DNA of 26,159 nucleotides. Origin: Candidatus Undinarchaeales archaeon. Its GTDB lineage: Archaea > SpSt-1190 > JASMDC01. The stretch covers positions 1 to 26,159 of the forward strand of contig JASMDC010000049.1 of NCBI GenBank assembly GCA_030753015.1, given 5' to 3'. A program made the position numbers and the translations under genes. The stretch's first letter is position 1; the number at the start of each line of letters is the position of its first letter. This document shows, one piece after another, positions 25,278-26,159 of this stretch. The notes beneath the pieces are model-generated. The model had not been told where the DNA came from. It saw only the letters and a list, made by a program, of their open reading frames with translations, and searched no databases.

Positions 25278-26159
25278 CCTCCCTCCAAGGAAGCCCCCCA
25301 ATTCATTGGGGGGATGAATTGGAGAGTAGTACGTCGTGACACCTTCGCCGTGAACCCTCCCTGGGAGAAATACCGGCACGCTGCCCCCCAAATTGATAAA
25401 TGAGCTAAATGATAGAACATGGACTGATGGAGCAGACGATCATCGTCAAGCTCGACACGACGGTTGAGCAGCATGACAAGCTCCTTTGGACAATGAAGAC
25501 GTTCAACGCCGCCTGCAACCATGTAGCTGGGTTTGCCTTCGATCTCCGAACAGCCAGCAAGTTCCGGCTTCAGCACGGTATCTATCATGAGGTTAGGGAG
25601 AGGTTCGGCCTCTCTGCTCAGATGACCGTGAGGGCCATCTCCAAGGTCTGCGAGGTCTACAAGCGGGACAAAAGCATCAAGCCGACATTCCAGAAGCGGG
25701 GAGGAATGGTCTACGACCAACGCATCATGTCGTGGAAGGGGCTTGAGAAGGTATCTCTCCTGACACTCGAAGGACGGGAGATAATCCCCATCCGCATAGG
25801 CGAGTACCAAGAGTTGAGGTTGAAGAACCACATCCGTGGTCAGGTAGACCTCATCTACCGCAAGGGGAGGTTCTACCTCGCGGTTGTAGTCGATGCTCCC
25901 GAGGCCGATGAGTTCGATGCCGTTGGTGCGCTCGGCGTGGACCTCGGACTCAACAACCTCGCCGTCGACAGCGACGGTGACTCGTACAGTGGGAAGGATG
26001 TCGATACCGTACGCGTCAGGACGGACAGGCTCAAAGCATCTCTCCAGCGGAAAGGGACCAAGAGTGCTAAGCGGCATCTCAAGAAGCTCTCCGGCAGGGA
26101 GAATCGTTTCCGTCGCAATACTAATCATATCATCTCGAAGCGTCTGGTGGCGAAAGCCA
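25275..26159 (+). mobile_element. IS200/IS605-family (IS1341-type, tnpB-only as far as visible) element, truncated by window end
   Basis: Left-end hairpin CCCCCCAATTCATTGGGGGG (25294-25313), with GAAG at +16..+19 after the TCAC target (25271-25274). tnpB follows ~150 nt later, with no tnpA ORF between. Confidence 0.85.
25427..26159 (+). CDS. tnpB: RNA-guided endonuclease TnpB (5' partial, absent from ORF track)
   Basis: Open to the window end: MEQTIIVKL...FNAACN...RERFGLSAQMTVRAISKV...YDQR...LGVDLGLNNLAVDSDG (RuvC-I Asp)...NHIISKRLV. Confidence 0.95.
   Translation, partial: MEQTIIVKLDTTVEQHDKLLWTMKTFNAACNHVAGFAFDLRTASKFRLQHGIYHEVRERFGLSAQMTVRAISKVCEVYKRDKSIKPTFQKRGGMVYDQRIMSWKGLEKVSLLTLEGREIIPIRIGEYQELRLKNHIRGQVDLIYRKGRFYLAVVVDAPEADEFDAVGALGVDLGLNNLAVDSDGDSYSGKDVDTVRVRTDRLKASLQRKGTKSAKRHLKKLSGRENRFRRNTNHIISKRLVAKA

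Noticed and set aside
25278-25391. N-terminal extension of the PAS regulator given in the ORF track
   Set aside because: It lies inside the IS left end (hairpin region); the strong SD supports ATG 25277.
25271-26128. 285-aa minus-strand ORF
   Set aside because: Antisense shadow of tnpB, which has clear family motifs on the plus strand.

Overview
A GC-rich archaeal chromosomal segment. The assignment rests on aRF1, TATA-box promoters with mostly leaderless starts, DUF835/KaiC-like domains and an archaeal-type T2SS-F pair; no lower taxon is assigned. Left to right: the probable right end of an IS5/IS903-like element interrupting a tadB-like gene; tadC-like; NifU; a lipoprotein with three tandem Rieske domains; a DsbD/CcdA-like fusion; an FG-GAP propeller; an AIR-synthase-like protein; aRF1 (best start appears to be ATC); small membrane genes and a GT-C-like protein; and a ferredoxin-flavodoxin fusion. 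Next is a ~3.5 kb block (tRNA 3' fragment, complete IS1634 with TIRs and a 6-bp TSD, dus gene) bounded by a diverged duplicate of the ferredoxin 5' end. Then come a split ferritin-like / KaiC-like pair, a TPR protein, an M29 aminopeptidase, a nucleotidyltransferase, three small ORFs, a HEPN + MNT/Cas2-like pair behind an AT-rich operator region, and a PAS-PAS-DUF835-wHTH regulator. The window ends in a tnpB-only IS200/IS605 element whose left end supplies that regulator's SD and ATG. All family calls come from motif recognition by eye, not database searches. No CRISPR array, rRNA or complete tRNA was seen.
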